Origin: Actinomycetes bacterium
GTDB taxonomy: Bacteria > Actinomycetota > CALGFH01
Length of the DNA stretch: 64,000 nucleotides
Assembly: GCA_036000965.1 (NCBI GenBank)
Contig: DASYUT010000206.1
Coordinates: 1,193 to 65,192 of the forward strand
Direction: 5' to 3'
Shown here one piece after another: positions 11,177-20,988 of this stretch. The position numbers were made by a program, and so were the translations under genes. Positions within the stretch are counted from its first letter, which is position 1; each line of letters opens with the position of its first letter. The notes beneath the pieces were generated by a model that ran no database searches, was not told where the DNA came from, and saw nothing but the letters and a program-made list of their open reading frames with translations.

Positions 11177-11300
11177 GTGCCGGCCGAACTGGAGATCCTC
11201 CTGGTGCGCCACGCCGAGTCGGTCGTACCGGCCGCGGGCGGCCCGTCCGAGCTGGCCCGGCCGCTGACCGAGCGTGGGCAGCGGCAGGCCGAGGATCCAG
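11177..11300 (+). pseudogene. histidine phosphatase (phosphoglycerate-mutase-like) gene remnant, ~40 aa of N-terminus only
   Basis: 'LEILLVRHAESV…RPLTERGQRQAE' matches the RHG catalytic motif region; similarity is lost after ~11300 in all frames; followed by a low-GC scar. Confidence 0.4.
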
Positions 11301-11533
11301 ACGCGGATTCAGCACGCGGAGCGGCAACTCGCCAGAGGCGAGCGGCAGTAGGCCCTCGCCGGGCTGTCCGACACCCTCGAGGCGCTCCAAGCCGCATGGG
11401 CGAGCTAGCCGACCGGCTGGAATTCACCCGGCGCTGTCATGGCATGCCGGGTGGATGGCCATTGGTCTGTCACTGGGGGCCGTGATGCTTGCCGACGGTG
11501 GGAGGGCTTGAGCGATCCTGTGGTGCTGCGCGA

Positions 11534-12256
11534 TCAGCCGGAGCTGTTCGGCTGCGGGGGGTGTCGGGGCCGCGGCTGTCGCGGTCGAGTTGGCGGTTGG
11601 GGGTCGGGCAGGAGCGCTCGGGCGAGGGTGGCGGCGAGCCAGTCGCGGTAGCGCTCGGGTGGCCAGTGGCGCTGCACGACGAGCAGGTCGTGGACGGCCA
11701 GGGAGTTGAGCGTCCACAGCACGTCGCGGGCGTCCTGGACTGACAGGCCGGCGCGCAGGACGCCACGGTCGGCCAGCAGCTGCGCGAAGCGGGTCATCCC
11801 AGTCAGGCGTTCGTCCTCCAGCTGGGCCCAGACCTGGGCGAGGTCGGCGTCGGCGGCGGCCGCGCCGACCAGGACGCGCAGCAGTGGTCCCGCCCGCGCG
11901 TGGATGCCGGGTTGGGTGGCGGCGTAGCGCGCGAGCTGGCGGTGCGGGTCGGTCTCGGCGATCACGGCCTGGATGGCTGGGCGCTGCTCGACCGGGACCG
12001 CGGCGCGGGCGGCGCCGCCGGCGACGGCGGCCCGGACGACGGCCTTGAACAGCTCGGTCTTGCTGCCGAAGGCGCGGTAGATCGTCTCGACGACCACGCC
12101 GGCGGCTTGGGCGATGCCGGCGAGGGTCGCCCCGGCGTAGCCGCGTTCCAGGAACAGCTGGTGGGCGGCGGTCAGGATGTCCTGGCGGGTCTGGGCGGCC
12201 TGGGCCTGGCGGCGGGTGGCGTTGTAGCGGCGGCGGGGCTTGACATCCTCACTCAT
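11534..12256 (-). CDS. TetR/AcrR family transcriptional regulator
   Basis: N-terminal HTH 'TRQDILTAAHQLFLERGYAGATLAGIAQAAGVVVETIYRAF'. Confidence 0.85.
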   Translation of the reverse strand: MSEDVKPRRRYNATRRQAQAAQTRQDILTAAHQLFLERGYAGATLAGIAQAAGVVVETIYRAFGSKTELFKAVVRAAVAGGAARAAVPVEQRPAIQAVIAETDPHRQLARYAATQPGIHARAGPLLRVLVGAAAADADLAQVWAQLEDERLTGMTRFAQLLADRGVLRAGLSVQDARDVLWTLNSLAVHDLLVVQRHWPPERYRDWLAATLARALLPDPQPPTRPRQPRPRHPPQPNSSG

Positions 12257-12286
12257 TCGGTAGCATCCTCATGACATCAAATCAGC

Positions 12287-12310
12287 CTCATTCTACTAGA
12301 TTCTAGCAGA
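12287..12310. promoter_or_regulatory. AT-rich near-palindrome (TCTACTAGATTCTAGCAGA) in the divergent TetR / SnoaL-like intergenic region; candidate TetR operator
   Basis: Imperfect dyad symmetry, unusually AT-rich for this genome, placed between divergent start codons. Confidence 0.4.
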
Positions 12311-12357
12311 GCGGGGGAGCTGCCGTGGCCCAGGCCACGGCAAGGGAGGAGCGGGTC

Positions 12358-12789
12358 ATGTCCCAAGACACCGAAGGCATCAAGGCCACGGCACGCCGGA
12401 CCTTGGAGGAGATCTTCCCCAACGGCGACGTCGCCGGGCTCGCCGAGGTCGTGCACCCCGACTGTGTCAACCACGAGGCCCCACCCGGCGCGCCGCAGGG
12501 GCTGGACGGCATGACCCAGACCATGCTGTGGCTGGCGGGGGCGTTCTCCGACCGGCGCTACGAGATCCACCGGGTCATCGCCGAGGGCGACACCGTCGCC
12601 GTGCACTGCACCTTCAGCGGCCGGCACACCGGGAAGTTCCTGGGCCTGGCCCCGACCAACCGGCCCTTCGCCTTCCGCCAAGTCCACATCGTCCGCTTCG
12701 AGGACGGCAAAGGCGTCGAGCACTGGGCGGTCCGCGACGACCTCGCCCTGATGCGCCAACTCGGCGCGGTCCCGAGCCAGGCCGGCTGA
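12358..12789 (+). CDS. SnoaL-like / ester cyclase family protein (NTF2-like fold)
   Basis: 'LEEIFPNGDVAGLAEVVHPDCVNHEA…' ester-cyclase pattern; RBS AAGGGAGGAG upstream; divergent from TetR. Confidence 0.6.
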   Translation: MSQDTEGIKATARRTLEEIFPNGDVAGLAEVVHPDCVNHEAPPGAPQGLDGMTQTMLWLAGAFSDRRYEIHRVIAEGDTVAVHCTFSGRHTGKFLGLAPTNRPFAFRQVHIVRFEDGKGVEHWAVRDDLALMRQLGAVPSQAG

Positions 12790-13059
12790 GGGTTGCTGCG
12801 GGCTGGTGGCCGTCACGGGCCGATGCCGTCCCTTGACTCCGCAAATGCCCTTGGCAGTCAGTGACCTCTGCGGCAGTGAAGGCACTTCGGGGTAAGGGTG
12901 CCTGCGGCGCTCAGCTGACAGGTGCCCTGACCGGCGACTACCCTTCTCCAGATTGCCTGGCTTCCGGTTTCGGGTTCCAATTGCCTCCGACGCCGGGTTC
13001 GCCCGGTGGCAGACCGGCTCCCAGGCTGGGCCGGTGGATCCCAAGAGGAGGAGGCTGCC

Positions 13060-14643
13060 ATGGCCAACCATCTCCTGAGACGAGGGATGCTCGCCGCTGC
13101 GGTGGCGGTATTCACCGTCGCGTCGTTCGCCGTGCCGGGGGTCTCGGCTTCGACGGGAGGGTCGGGCCAAGAGGCCAGCTACCTGGTCGTGCTCAAGGAG
13201 AGCGACCAGGCGTCGGGCCTCAGGGCGATCGAGCGCGCCGGGGGCAAGGTGCTCAAGCGCGACAAGCTCGGCATCGCCCGGGTCAGCTCGAGCGACCCTG
13301 CCTTTGCGTCCACGCTTGGTTCCTCGGGAGCAGTCGAGGAGGTCGGCAGCGATGGGGGCTGGCAGCTGCAGCCGCTCAGCATCACCCAGGCCCCGCCCCC
13401 GGTTCCCGGGCCCCAGATGGCCACCGACTGCGCGGCCCAGTACGGGGTCTCGGTGGGCGTGGGGCCCGACCGGCTGTCGGCCTGCCAGTGGGACATGCGC
13501 ATGATCAACGCAAGCCCCGCTGGCTCCTACGCGGTGAACCGGGGCGCGGGCGCCACCATCGGGATCATCGACACCGGGGTGGACTTCACCCACCCGGACA
13601 TCGCCCCCAACCTCGACCTAGGCCTGTCCTGCTCGTTCATCACGCCTGGCAACCCCACGGCCGTGCCGGAGGAGATCGACCCGACCGGTCCGGCCTGCCA
13701 GACGAAGTCCGCCACCCAGGACGTCTTCGGCCACGGCACCCACGTGGCGGGCATCGCCGCGGCGCCGAGCAACGGGATCGGGGTGGCCGGGGTCGCGCCG
13801 GACGCCACCCTGGTCAGCCTCAAGGTCTGCACCGCAGCGGGCTTCTGCTTCACCCAGGAGGTGGTGGACGCCCTCATCTACGCCGGCGACAAGGGCCTTG
13901 ACGTCGCCAACATGAGCCTGTTCGCCGACCCCTTCCTGTTCAACTGCCGCAACCAGGCCGACCAGCGCGCGATCGTGAAGGCCATCTCCCGCGCCACCAG
14001 GTACGCCACCCAGCATGGCGTGGTGGTGGTGGCCGCGGCCGGCAACGAGGCCACCGATCTGGCCCACCCGGAGACCGACGAGCTCAGCCCCGACTTCCCG
14101 CCCGGCGCGGCGGTCACCCGGAACGTCGGCAACCAGTGCGTCGTGCTGCCCGGGGAGCTGCCCTGGGTGGCCACAGTCTCGGCGATCGGACCCCAGGGCA
14201 TCCTGTCGTTCTACTCCAACTTCGGCAACGCCGCGGTGGACGTGACGGCGCCGGGCGGCTCCTCCGGGCAGGCCCCCAACCCCTTCGGGCGGGTGCTGAA
14301 CGCCTGGGGCTCCAAGGCGCCGCTGCTCAACACCACGCTGCGGCGGCTGGTGGAGGACTGCGCACCGGTCGGCGGCCAGACCGTCTGCGCCCTGTACGGC
14401 TGGATCCAAGGCACGTCCATGGCCTCACCGCACGCGGCGGGTGTGGCCGCCCTGATCCGCGCGGCCCATCCCGGCATGCCGCCGTTGGCGGTGATCGCCC
14501 GCATGCAGAACACGGCCATGCCGAAGGTCTGTGAGGAGCAGCAGGATCCCTTCGCCGCGCCCAGGCAGTGCACCGGCGGCCAGGGCCACACCAACTTCTA
14601 CGGCAGCGGACTGGTGGACGCCCTGGCAGCAGGGCAGCGGTAG
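13060..14643 (+). CDS. secreted S8 family serine peptidase (subtilisin-like)
   Basis: Signal peptide MANHLLRRGMLAAAVAVFTVASFAVPGVSAS; catalytic triad motifs 'IIDTGVD', 'HGTHVAGIAAA', 'GTSMASPHAAGVAALI'; RBS AGGAGGAGG. Confidence 0.9.
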   Translation: MANHLLRRGMLAAAVAVFTVASFAVPGVSASTGGSGQEASYLVVLKESDQASGLRAIERAGGKVLKRDKLGIARVSSSDPAFASTLGSSGAVEEVGSDGGWQLQPLSITQAPPPVPGPQMATDCAAQYGVSVGVGPDRLSACQWDMRMINASPAGSYAVNRGAGATIGIIDTGVDFTHPDIAPNLDLGLSCSFITPGNPTAVPEEIDPTGPACQTKSATQDVFGHGTHVAGIAAAPSNGIGVAGVAPDATLVSLKVCTAAGFCFTQEVVDALIYAGDKGLDVANMSLFADPFLFNCRNQADQRAIVKAISRATRYATQHGVVVVAAAGNEATDLAHPETDELSPDFPPGAAVTRNVGNQCVVLPGELPWVATVSAIGPQGILSFYSNFGNAAVDVTAPGGSSGQAPNPFGRVLNAWGSKAPLLNTTLRRLVEDCAPVGGQTVCALYGWIQGTSMASPHAAGVAALIRAAHPGMPPLAVIARMQNTAMPKVCEEQQDPFAAPRQCTGGQGHTNFYGSGLVDALAAGQR

Positions 14644-14674
14644 CCCGGCGTCACGTTCAGGTGCGGGGGCCGAG

Positions 14675-14720
14675 CCTGCATGAGGGCCCGGCTACGGATG
14701 TAGCCCGGCCCTCATGCAGG
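14675..14720 (+). terminator. perfect 21-bp stem / 4-nt loop hairpin 32 nt after the S8 peptidase stop (no T-tract, as is common in actinobacteria)
   Basis: CCTGCATGAGGGCCCGGCTAC-GGAT-GTAGCCCGGCCCTCATGCAGG. Confidence 0.6.
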
Positions 14721-14841
14721 GTGGACCGATCTGCCGAGGCCGAGGCGGCGCTGGTTCTCCCGCGCCTTGCCGACCACTTCGCCGCGCCAGCGGACCGGGC
14801 CTGCCGGTCCGCCCGGGTGCCCGGGCGGGTAGGATCCGGGG

Positions 14842-15819
14842 ATGCCGTCACGTCAGGGGCTCGCCCCGGTCACCGTCGTCCTCGGGGAGGAGGAGCTGCT
14901 GGCCGAGCGCGCGGTCGCCGACGCGGTGGGCGCCGCGGTCGGCGAGCTCGGGCCGGAGACCACGGTCGAGGAGGTGCGCGCCGGCGCCCTGCCCGACGGG
15001 TTCGCCATGGACCTGGCCACCGCGTCGCTGTTCGGCGGGGGCCGGGTGGTCGTGATCCACGACGCCGAGGCCCTGGACGCCACGGCGCGGTCGGCCGTGC
15101 TCGGCGCGGCCAGGGACCCGAGCCCGGGCACCGTGCTGGTGCTGCGGGCGGCCGGCGTCGGCCGCCAGGCCAAGTTCTTCAAGGAGGTGCAGCAGCACGC
15201 CGCCGTCAAGCTGGCCGACCGGCTCAAGCCGTCGGAGCGGACGAGCTGGCTGCGGTCGGAGGTGCGCCGGCTCGGCCGCCAGGCCGACCAGGCGGCGCTC
15301 GCCGCGCTCGTCGACACCGTCGGCCAGGACCTGCGCGAGCTGGCCGGTGCCGTGGCCAAGCTGCACGTGGCCGTCCCCCCGCCGGCCCCGCTGACCGCGG
15401 CGCACGTGGCCGAGTTCCTGAGCCAGACCGCCGACCGGGGCGTGTTCGAGCTGACCGACGCGGTCTTCGCCGGGGACGCCGCCACCGCCCTCGGGCACCT
15501 GGACTCCCTGCTGGGCCAGGGCGAGGACGCGCTCGGGCTGCTCGGGATGCTCGCCCGCCAGCTCCGCCTGCTGCTCAGGGTGGCCGACCACCCGGGCGCG
15601 CCCGCGAGCCAGGTCGCCCAGCTCCTCGGCCCCGGCACCCGGGACTGGCAGGTCGAGCGGGCCCGGCGCCAGGCCAGGAAGTTCCGGCCCGAGGACCTGC
15701 GCCGGGGCATGGACGTGATCGCCGAGGCCGACGCCGAGGTGCGCAACGGCAGCCTGCCGCCCCGCCTGCTCCTTGAGCTGGTGGTCACCCGCCTGGCCGC
15801 CGCCGGCGCCCGCCGCTAG
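14842..15819 (+). CDS. holA: DNA polymerase III subunit delta
   Basis: Conserved position after comEC; delta-subunit N-terminal pattern 'VTVVLGEEELLAERAV…'; ~325 aa. Confidence 0.85.
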   Translation: MPSRQGLAPVTVVLGEEELLAERAVADAVGAAVGELGPETTVEEVRAGALPDGFAMDLATASLFGGGRVVVIHDAEALDATARSAVLGAARDPSPGTVLVLRAAGVGRQAKFFKEVQQHAAVKLADRLKPSERTSWLRSEVRRLGRQADQAALAALVDTVGQDLRELAGAVAKLHVAVPPPAPLTAAHVAEFLSQTADRGVFELTDAVFAGDAATALGHLDSLLGQGEDALGLLGMLARQLRLLLRVADHPGAPASQVAQLLGPGTRDWQVERARRQARKFRPEDLRRGMDVIAEADAEVRNGSLPPRLLLELVVTRLAAAGARR

Positions 15820-15918
15820 GAGGCCGCCCGCCGCTAGGCGGCCACTGAACAACCATCCCGTCGCCTCCCTACGCGTCGAGGGCGGCCACCGGGCCGCCCT
15901 CGCGGGTCTCGCGGCGCG

Positions 15919-16185
15919 CTACTCGCCTTGGTCGTTCACGGCCTTGGCAAGGCGCGACTTGTGGTTGGCGGCGTTGTTGCGGTGGATGACACCCTTGCTG
16001 GCCGCCTTGTCGTAGGCGCGGGCGGCGCGCTGGTAGGCCGACTCGGCCGCGTCGCGGTCGCCGGCAGCCAGGCTCTCGCGCACGCGCCGGGCGTGCGTCT
16101 TCAGCGCGGAGCGGACCGACTTGTTGCGCATCCGGGCCGCCTCGTTCTGCCGGTTCCGCTTGATCTGGGACTTGATGTTCGCCAA
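15919..16185 (-). CDS. rpsT: 30S ribosomal protein S20 (TTG start)
   Basis: '[29 protein letters not shown]…' canonical S20. Confidence 0.92.
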   Translation of the reverse strand: MANIKSQIKRNRQNEAARMRNKSVRSALKTHARRVRESLAAGDRDAAESAYQRAARAYDKAASKGVIHRNNAANHKSRLAKAVNDQGE

Positions 16186-16426
16186 CGAGGTACCTCTCCC
16201 GTGAGGGCAGCAGTGCTTGATCAGGAGGCTCGGCCGGCACGGCCCCGTCCCGCGGGAGGGCCGCGCGCCGTCGAGGACAACCGTGAGACGGTAGCACACC
16301 CGTTCCGAGCGGCTCAATCACCGCGGCGGGCGCTGCCTGCGGCGATGGTATGCTCGCCATCCGGCCGGGCACCCGGGGACGCGGCCCAGCGGCCCGTCCC
16401 CGGCACCACGCACCACCCCTCCGCCA

Positions 16427-18235
16427 ATGACCACAGACCTCGCGCGCCTGCGCAACTTCTGCATCATCGCCCACATCGACCACGGCAAGTCGACCCTGGC
16501 CGACCGCCTGCTCGACCTCACCCACGCGGTCAGCGAGCGCCAGATGCGCGCCCAGTACCTGGACAAGATGGACCTCGAGCGCGAGCGCGGGATCACCATC
16601 AAGGCCCAGGCCGTGCGCCTGTCCTACACCGCCGCCGACGGGCTCGACTACGTGCTGAACCTGATCGACACGCCCGGGCACGTCGACTTCACCTACGAGG
16701 TCTCGCGCGCGCTGGCCGCCTGCGAGGGCGCCGTGCTGCTCGTGGACGCCGCCCAGGGCATCGAGGCCCAGACGCTGGCCAACCTCTACCTGGCCCTCGA
16801 GGCCGACCTGGCGATCATCCCGGTGATCAACAAGATCGACCTGCCCGCCGCCCAGCCCGAGCGGGTCGCGCGCGAGATCGAGCAGGTGGTCGGCATTCCA
16901 GCCGCCGACATGCTGCGCGTGTCGGCCAAGACCGGGCAGGGCGTGCCCGACCTGCTCGAGGCGGTCGTGCGCCGGGTGCCGCCGCCGACCGGCGACCCGG
17001 ACGCGCCAGCCCGGGGGCTGGTGTTCGACTCGCTCTACGACCCCTACCGGGGCGTCATCACCTACGTGCGCATGGTCGACGGCCGGCTGGCCCGCAACGA
17101 CCGGGTCCGCATGATGGCGACCGGCGGGGTGTCGGAGGCCGAGGAGGTGGGGGTGTTCGCGCCCGAGGCGGTGGTCACCGCCGACCTCGCCGCCGGCGAG
17201 GTCGGCTACCTCATCCCCGGGGTCAAGGACGTGCGCCAGGCCAGCGTGGGGGAGACCGTGACCACGGCCGCCCGCCCGGCCGCCGAGCCGCTGCCCGGCT
17301 ACCGGGAGCCCCGGCCGATGGTGTACTCGGGGCTCTACCCGATCGAGGGGGACGACTTCCCCGACCTGCGCGAGGCGCTCGACAAGCTCCGCCTCAACGA
17401 CGCGGCCCTAGTCTACGAGCCGGAGTCCTCGACCGCCCTCGGGTTCGGCTTCCGCTGCGGGTTCCTCGGGCTGCTGCACATGGACATCGTGCGCGAGCGC
17501 CTCGAGCGCGAGTTCGACCTCGCCCTGATCACCACCGCGCCGAACGTGGCCTACCGGGTGTCGACGGTGACCGGGGAGACGGTGATGGTGTCCAACCCCA
17601 GCGAGCTGCCCGAGCCGAACGCGATCCTGCGCATCGAGGAGCCGTACGTCGCCGCCATGGTGCTCTGCCCGTCCGACTACATCGGCGCGGTCATGGAGCT
17701 GTGCCAGAGCCGCCGGGGCGTCCTGGACACCATGGAGTACCTGTCCGAGGAGCGGGTGGAGCTGCGCTACCAGCTCCCGCTGGCCGAGATCATCTTCGAC
17801 TTCTTCGACCAGCTGAAGTCGAGGACGCGCGGGTACGCCTCGCTCGACTACGAGCCGAGCGGCTACCGGGAGGCCAGCCTGGTCAAGGTCGACCTGCTGC
17901 TGCAGGGCGAGCCGGTCGACGCGTTCTCAGCCATCGTCCACAGGGACAAGGCGTACGCGTACGGGCGGGCCATGGCGACCAGGCTCAAGCAGCTCATCCC
18001 GCGGCAGCTGTACGAGGTGGCCATCCAGGCCGCGATCGGCTCGCGGGTGATCGCCAGGGAGACGATCTCCGCCCGGCGCAAGGACGTGCTGGCCAAGTGC
18101 TACGGCGGCGACATCACCCGCAAGCGCAAGCTGCTGGAGAAGCAGAAGGAAGGCAAGCGGAAGATGAAGCAGATCGGCCGGGTCGAGGTGCCCCAGGAGG
18201 CGTTCGTGGCCGCCCTCAGGACCGATGAGAGCTAG
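16427..18235 (+). CDS. lepA: elongation factor 4 (LepA)
   Basis: '[21 protein letters not shown]' G1 motif, 'DTPGHVDF', full LepA length of 602 aa. Confidence 0.95.
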   Translation: MTTDLARLRNFCIIAHIDHGKSTLADRLLDLTHAVSERQMRAQYLDKMDLERERGITIKAQAVRLSYTAADGLDYVLNLIDTPGHVDFTYEVSRALAACEGAVLLVDAAQGIEAQTLANLYLALEADLAIIPVINKIDLPAAQPERVAREIEQVVGIPAADMLRVSAKTGQGVPDLLEAVVRRVPPPTGDPDAPARGLVFDSLYDPYRGVITYVRMVDGRLARNDRVRMMATGGVSEAEEVGVFAPEAVVTADLAAGEVGYLIPGVKDVRQASVGETVTTAARPAAEPLPGYREPRPMVYSGLYPIEGDDFPDLREALDKLRLNDAALVYEPESSTALGFGFRCGFLGLLHMDIVRERLEREFDLALITTAPNVAYRVSTVTGETVMVSNPSELPEPNAILRIEEPYVAAMVLCPSDYIGAVMELCQSRRGVLDTMEYLSEERVELRYQLPLAEIIFDFFDQLKSRTRGYASLDYEPSGYREASLVKVDLLLQGEPVDAFSAIVHRDKAYAYGRAMATRLKQLIPRQLYEVAIQAAIGSRVIARETISARRKDVLAKCYGGDITRKRKLLEKQKEGKRKMKQIGRVEVPQEAFVAALRTDES

Positions 18236-19541
18236 CACCACGACACCCGAGGTCGGCCCGATCCATCGGGGGGGCAGATGGCGCCTCCCCGAACCCTCCC
18301 TGGCTCCCGCTCCGGCATCGGCCCCCCGGGTTGGCGCCGGCCTCGACGAGCACGGTGCGAGCCTGCACCGGTCCGCAAGGCGGTCGCTTTTCGGTGTGTA
18401 CGTGCATGTGCCGTTCTGCCTGACCCGCTGCCACTACTGCGACTTCGTCACCTACACCGGCATGGAGGGGCTGCGCCGTCCCTACGCGGCCGCGCTGCTG
18501 GCCGAGGCCGAGCTGGCCACGGCCGCCCTGGGTCCGGAGACCGGACAGGTGGTCACCAGCGTGTTCGTGGGCGGGGGCACGCCCACCCTGCTGCCCCCGG
18601 GCGACCTCGCCCGGGTGCTCGACCGGCTCCGCGAACTGCTCGAGGTCGCGCCCGACGCCGAGGTCACCGTCGAGGCCAACCCGGAGACCGTCGACCGGGC
18701 GGTCGCCGACGGGCTGGCCGCGGCCGGGGTGACCCGGGTGTCGATGGGGGCCCAGAGCTTCGACGACCGCGTGCTCGACGCTCTGGGCCGGCCGCACGGG
18801 GCCGCCCAGACCGGCCGGGCGGTGGCGGCGCTGCGCGCGGCCGGAATCGAGGCGGTCAACCTCGACCTGATCTTCGGCTGCCCGCACGAGGACGAGGCCT
18901 CCTGGGCAGCCAGCCTGGCTGCCGCGGTCGGGCTCGGCCCGGAGCACCTGTCGGCCTACGCGCTCACCATCGAGCCGGCCACCAAGTTCGGCCGGCTGGT
19001 GGCCAGCGGCCGCATGGCCGGACCGGACGAGGACCTGCTGGCCGACCGCTACGAGACTACCTGCGCCACCCTGGCCGGGGCCGGCTACCGCCACTACGAG
19101 GTGTCCAACTGGGCCCGCGACGACCCCCGGCGCGCGGCCGGGCCCCTGCCCGCCCGGGCCAGCCGGCACAACCTCACCTACTGGCGGCGCGGCGCGTACC
19201 TCGGGCTCGGCGCCGGGGCGCACGAGTTCACCGGCGGGGTCCGGCGCTGGAACGTCCCTGGCGTGCCCGAGTACCTGGCCGCGGTCGCAGACGGCCGGCG
19301 CCCGACCGCCGGGCAGGAGCAGCTGTCGACCGCACAGGCCGCGTTCGAGCTGCTCGCCCTGCGGCTGCGCACCGCCGACGGCCTCGACCCGGCCGAGGCC
19401 CGCGAGCTCGGGGTGGACCCGGACGGGGCCGAGGTCGCCGAGCTGCGCGCCGCCGGCCTGCTCGCCAGCGGCCCCCGGGTCGCCCTCACCGAGCCCGGCA
19501 TGTTCCTGCATGGCGAGGTCGTGACCCGCCTCGCCAGCTGA
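18225..19541 (+). CDS. hemW: radical SAM family heme chaperone HemW (HemN-like); true start probably an internal GTG near ~18330
   Basis: '[16 protein letters not shown]' CxxxCxxC radical-SAM motif; conserved lepA-hemW linkage. Confidence 0.85.
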   Translation: MRASTTTPEVGPIHRGGRWRLPEPSLAPAPASAPRVGAGLDEHGASLHRSARRSLFGVYVHVPFCLTRCHYCDFVTYTGMEGLRRPYAAALLAEAELATAALGPETGQVVTSVFVGGGTPTLLPPGDLARVLDRLRELLEVAPDAEVTVEANPETVDRAVADGLAAAGVTRVSMGAQSFDDRVLDALGRPHGAAQTGRAVAALRAAGIEAVNLDLIFGCPHEDEASWAASLAAAVGLGPEHLSAYALTIEPATKFGRLVASGRMAGPDEDLLADRYETTCATLAGAGYRHYEVSNWARDDPRRAAGPLPARASRHNLTYWRRGAYLGLGAGAHEFTGGVRRWNVPGVPEYLAAVADGRRPTAGQEQLSTAQAAFELLALRLRTADGLDPAEARELGVDPDGAEVAELRAAGLLASGPRVALTEPGMFLHGEVVTRLAS

Positions 19542-19861
19542 GCAGGACACCAGCAGCTCTGCCCGTAACCCGCCCGGGTGGAGGCGCCGCCGGTGGCCGC
19601 CCCGGTGGCTGAGCAGGACACCAGCAGCTCGGCGTCGACGACCGGACCGCCGCGGTCACCCGGGCGCTGGAGCGCGGCCTGCTGCCCATGCCCCGGCGCC
19701 AGCGGTAGCCCCGCGGCAGCGGCGGCCCCCGGCGGGTGTGGTGGCCCCCGGCGGGTGTGGTGGCCCCCGGCGGGGGCGGTGGCCCCCGGCGGGGGCGGTA
19801 GCCTTCGGCGGCGGCAGCAGCGGTAGCCCCAGGCGGCAGCGGTGGCCCAGGGTCGTCCTGG

Positions 19862-19888
19862 TCATCACTCCCCCAGGCAGAGTGCTAC
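19862..19888 (+). promoter_or_regulatory. degenerate CIRCE operator (HrcA binding site) 23 bp upstream of hrcA
   Basis: TCATCACTC-N9-GAGTGCTAC versus consensus TTAGCACTC-N9-GAGTGCTAA (7/9 and 8/9 matches, exact 9-nt spacer); overlaps the perfect palindrome GCAGAGTGCTACTCTGC. Confidence 0.6.
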
Positions 19889-19910
19889 TCTGCCGGTGGG
19901 AAGGACGGCC

Positions 19911-20936
19911 ATGAACCTCGATGACCGAAAGGCGCGGCTGCTGCGCGCCGTCGTGCACGATTTCATCCAGACCGCCGAGCCGGTGGGGTCCAAGACCCTG
20001 GCCGAGCGCTACGCCTTGGGGGTGTCCGCTGCGACCATCCGCAACGAGCTCGCCACCCTTGAGGAGCAGGGCTACCTGAGCCACCCGCACACCAGCGCGG
20101 GCCGGGTCCCCACCGATCGTGGCTACCGCTTCTACGTCGACTCGCTGTCGGGAGTCGGCAAGCTGGCGCGTGCCCAGGAGGAGGCGATCGTGCGGTACTT
20201 CGAGGGCGCCGCCGACCTCGAAGAGACCCTGCGCCGGACCTCGGTGCTGCTCGCCAGCTTGACCCGCTACACGGCCATGGTGGCCCCGCCCTCGCTCGAC
20301 CGCTCCCGCGTCCGCCACGTCGAGCTCATCGGCCTGGGACGCCACGTCATCATGATGGTGCTCATCATGGACACCGGCCGGGTCGAGAAGCGCCTGGTCG
20401 AGACGGCCAGCGAGGTGAGCGCCAGCGACCTCGAGGACCTGCGCCGCCAGCTCAACGAGACGCTCGTCGGCGAACGGCTGGACCGGGCCGAGCTGGTCCT
20501 GTCCGCCATGGCCCAGGAGGTCCCCCCGCACCGCCAGGTCCTGTTCACCACCCTGGTCAACGCGATCGGCCAGGTGGTCGGCGACCAGACCAGCGAGCGG
20601 GTCTGGGTCGGCGGCCAGGCCCACATCGCCGGGCCGGGCGGGTTCGACGGCATCGAGACCGTGCACCGCGTCTACCAGGCGCTCGAGCAGCAGGTGCTGG
20701 TCCTGCGCCTGCTCCAGGCCGCTCTCGGCAAGGACCGGGTGTCGGTCATCATCGGGGCGGAGAACCCGGTGGAGGGCATGGAGGCCTGCTCGTTCGTGAC
20801 CTCGACCTATCTGGCCGGCGACGCGGCCGGCAGCATCGGGGTGCTCGGCCCGACCAGGATGGACTATCTGCGCGCCATGGCGGCGGTCCAGGCCGTCGCC
20901 GGGTACCTTGGCGACGTGCTCGACGACGTCGGGTGA
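19911..20936 (+). CDS. hrcA: heat-inducible transcriptional repressor HrcA
   Basis: 'LLRAVVHDFIQTAEPVGSKTLAERYALGVSAATIRNELATLEEQGYLSHPHTSAGRVPTDRGYRFYVD'. Confidence 0.92.
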   Translation: MNLDDRKARLLRAVVHDFIQTAEPVGSKTLAERYALGVSAATIRNELATLEEQGYLSHPHTSAGRVPTDRGYRFYVDSLSGVGKLARAQEEAIVRYFEGAADLEETLRRTSVLLASLTRYTAMVAPPSLDRSRVRHVELIGLGRHVIMMVLIMDTGRVEKRLVETASEVSASDLEDLRRQLNETLVGERLDRAELVLSAMAQEVPPHRQVLFTTLVNAIGQVVGDQTSERVWVGGQAHIAGPGGFDGIETVHRVYQALEQQVLVLRLLQAALGKDRVSVIIGAENPVEGMEACSFVTSTYLAGDAAGSIGVLGPTRMDYLRAMAAVQAVAGYLGDVLDDVG

Positions 20937-20988
20937 GGCACGCTGTGGCATCGTTCCGGATGACGCTTGCAAGGTCGAGGGGAGACGG

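Noticed and set aside
9435-11427. 651-aa and 405-aa minus-strand ORFs across comEC
   Set aside because: Low-complexity Arg/Pro/Ala-rich translations antisense to a recognisable ComEC gene. GC artefacts.
18216-19550. 444-aa minus-strand ORF opposite hemW
   Set aside because: Antisense to a gene with a clear radical-SAM motif. No domain content.
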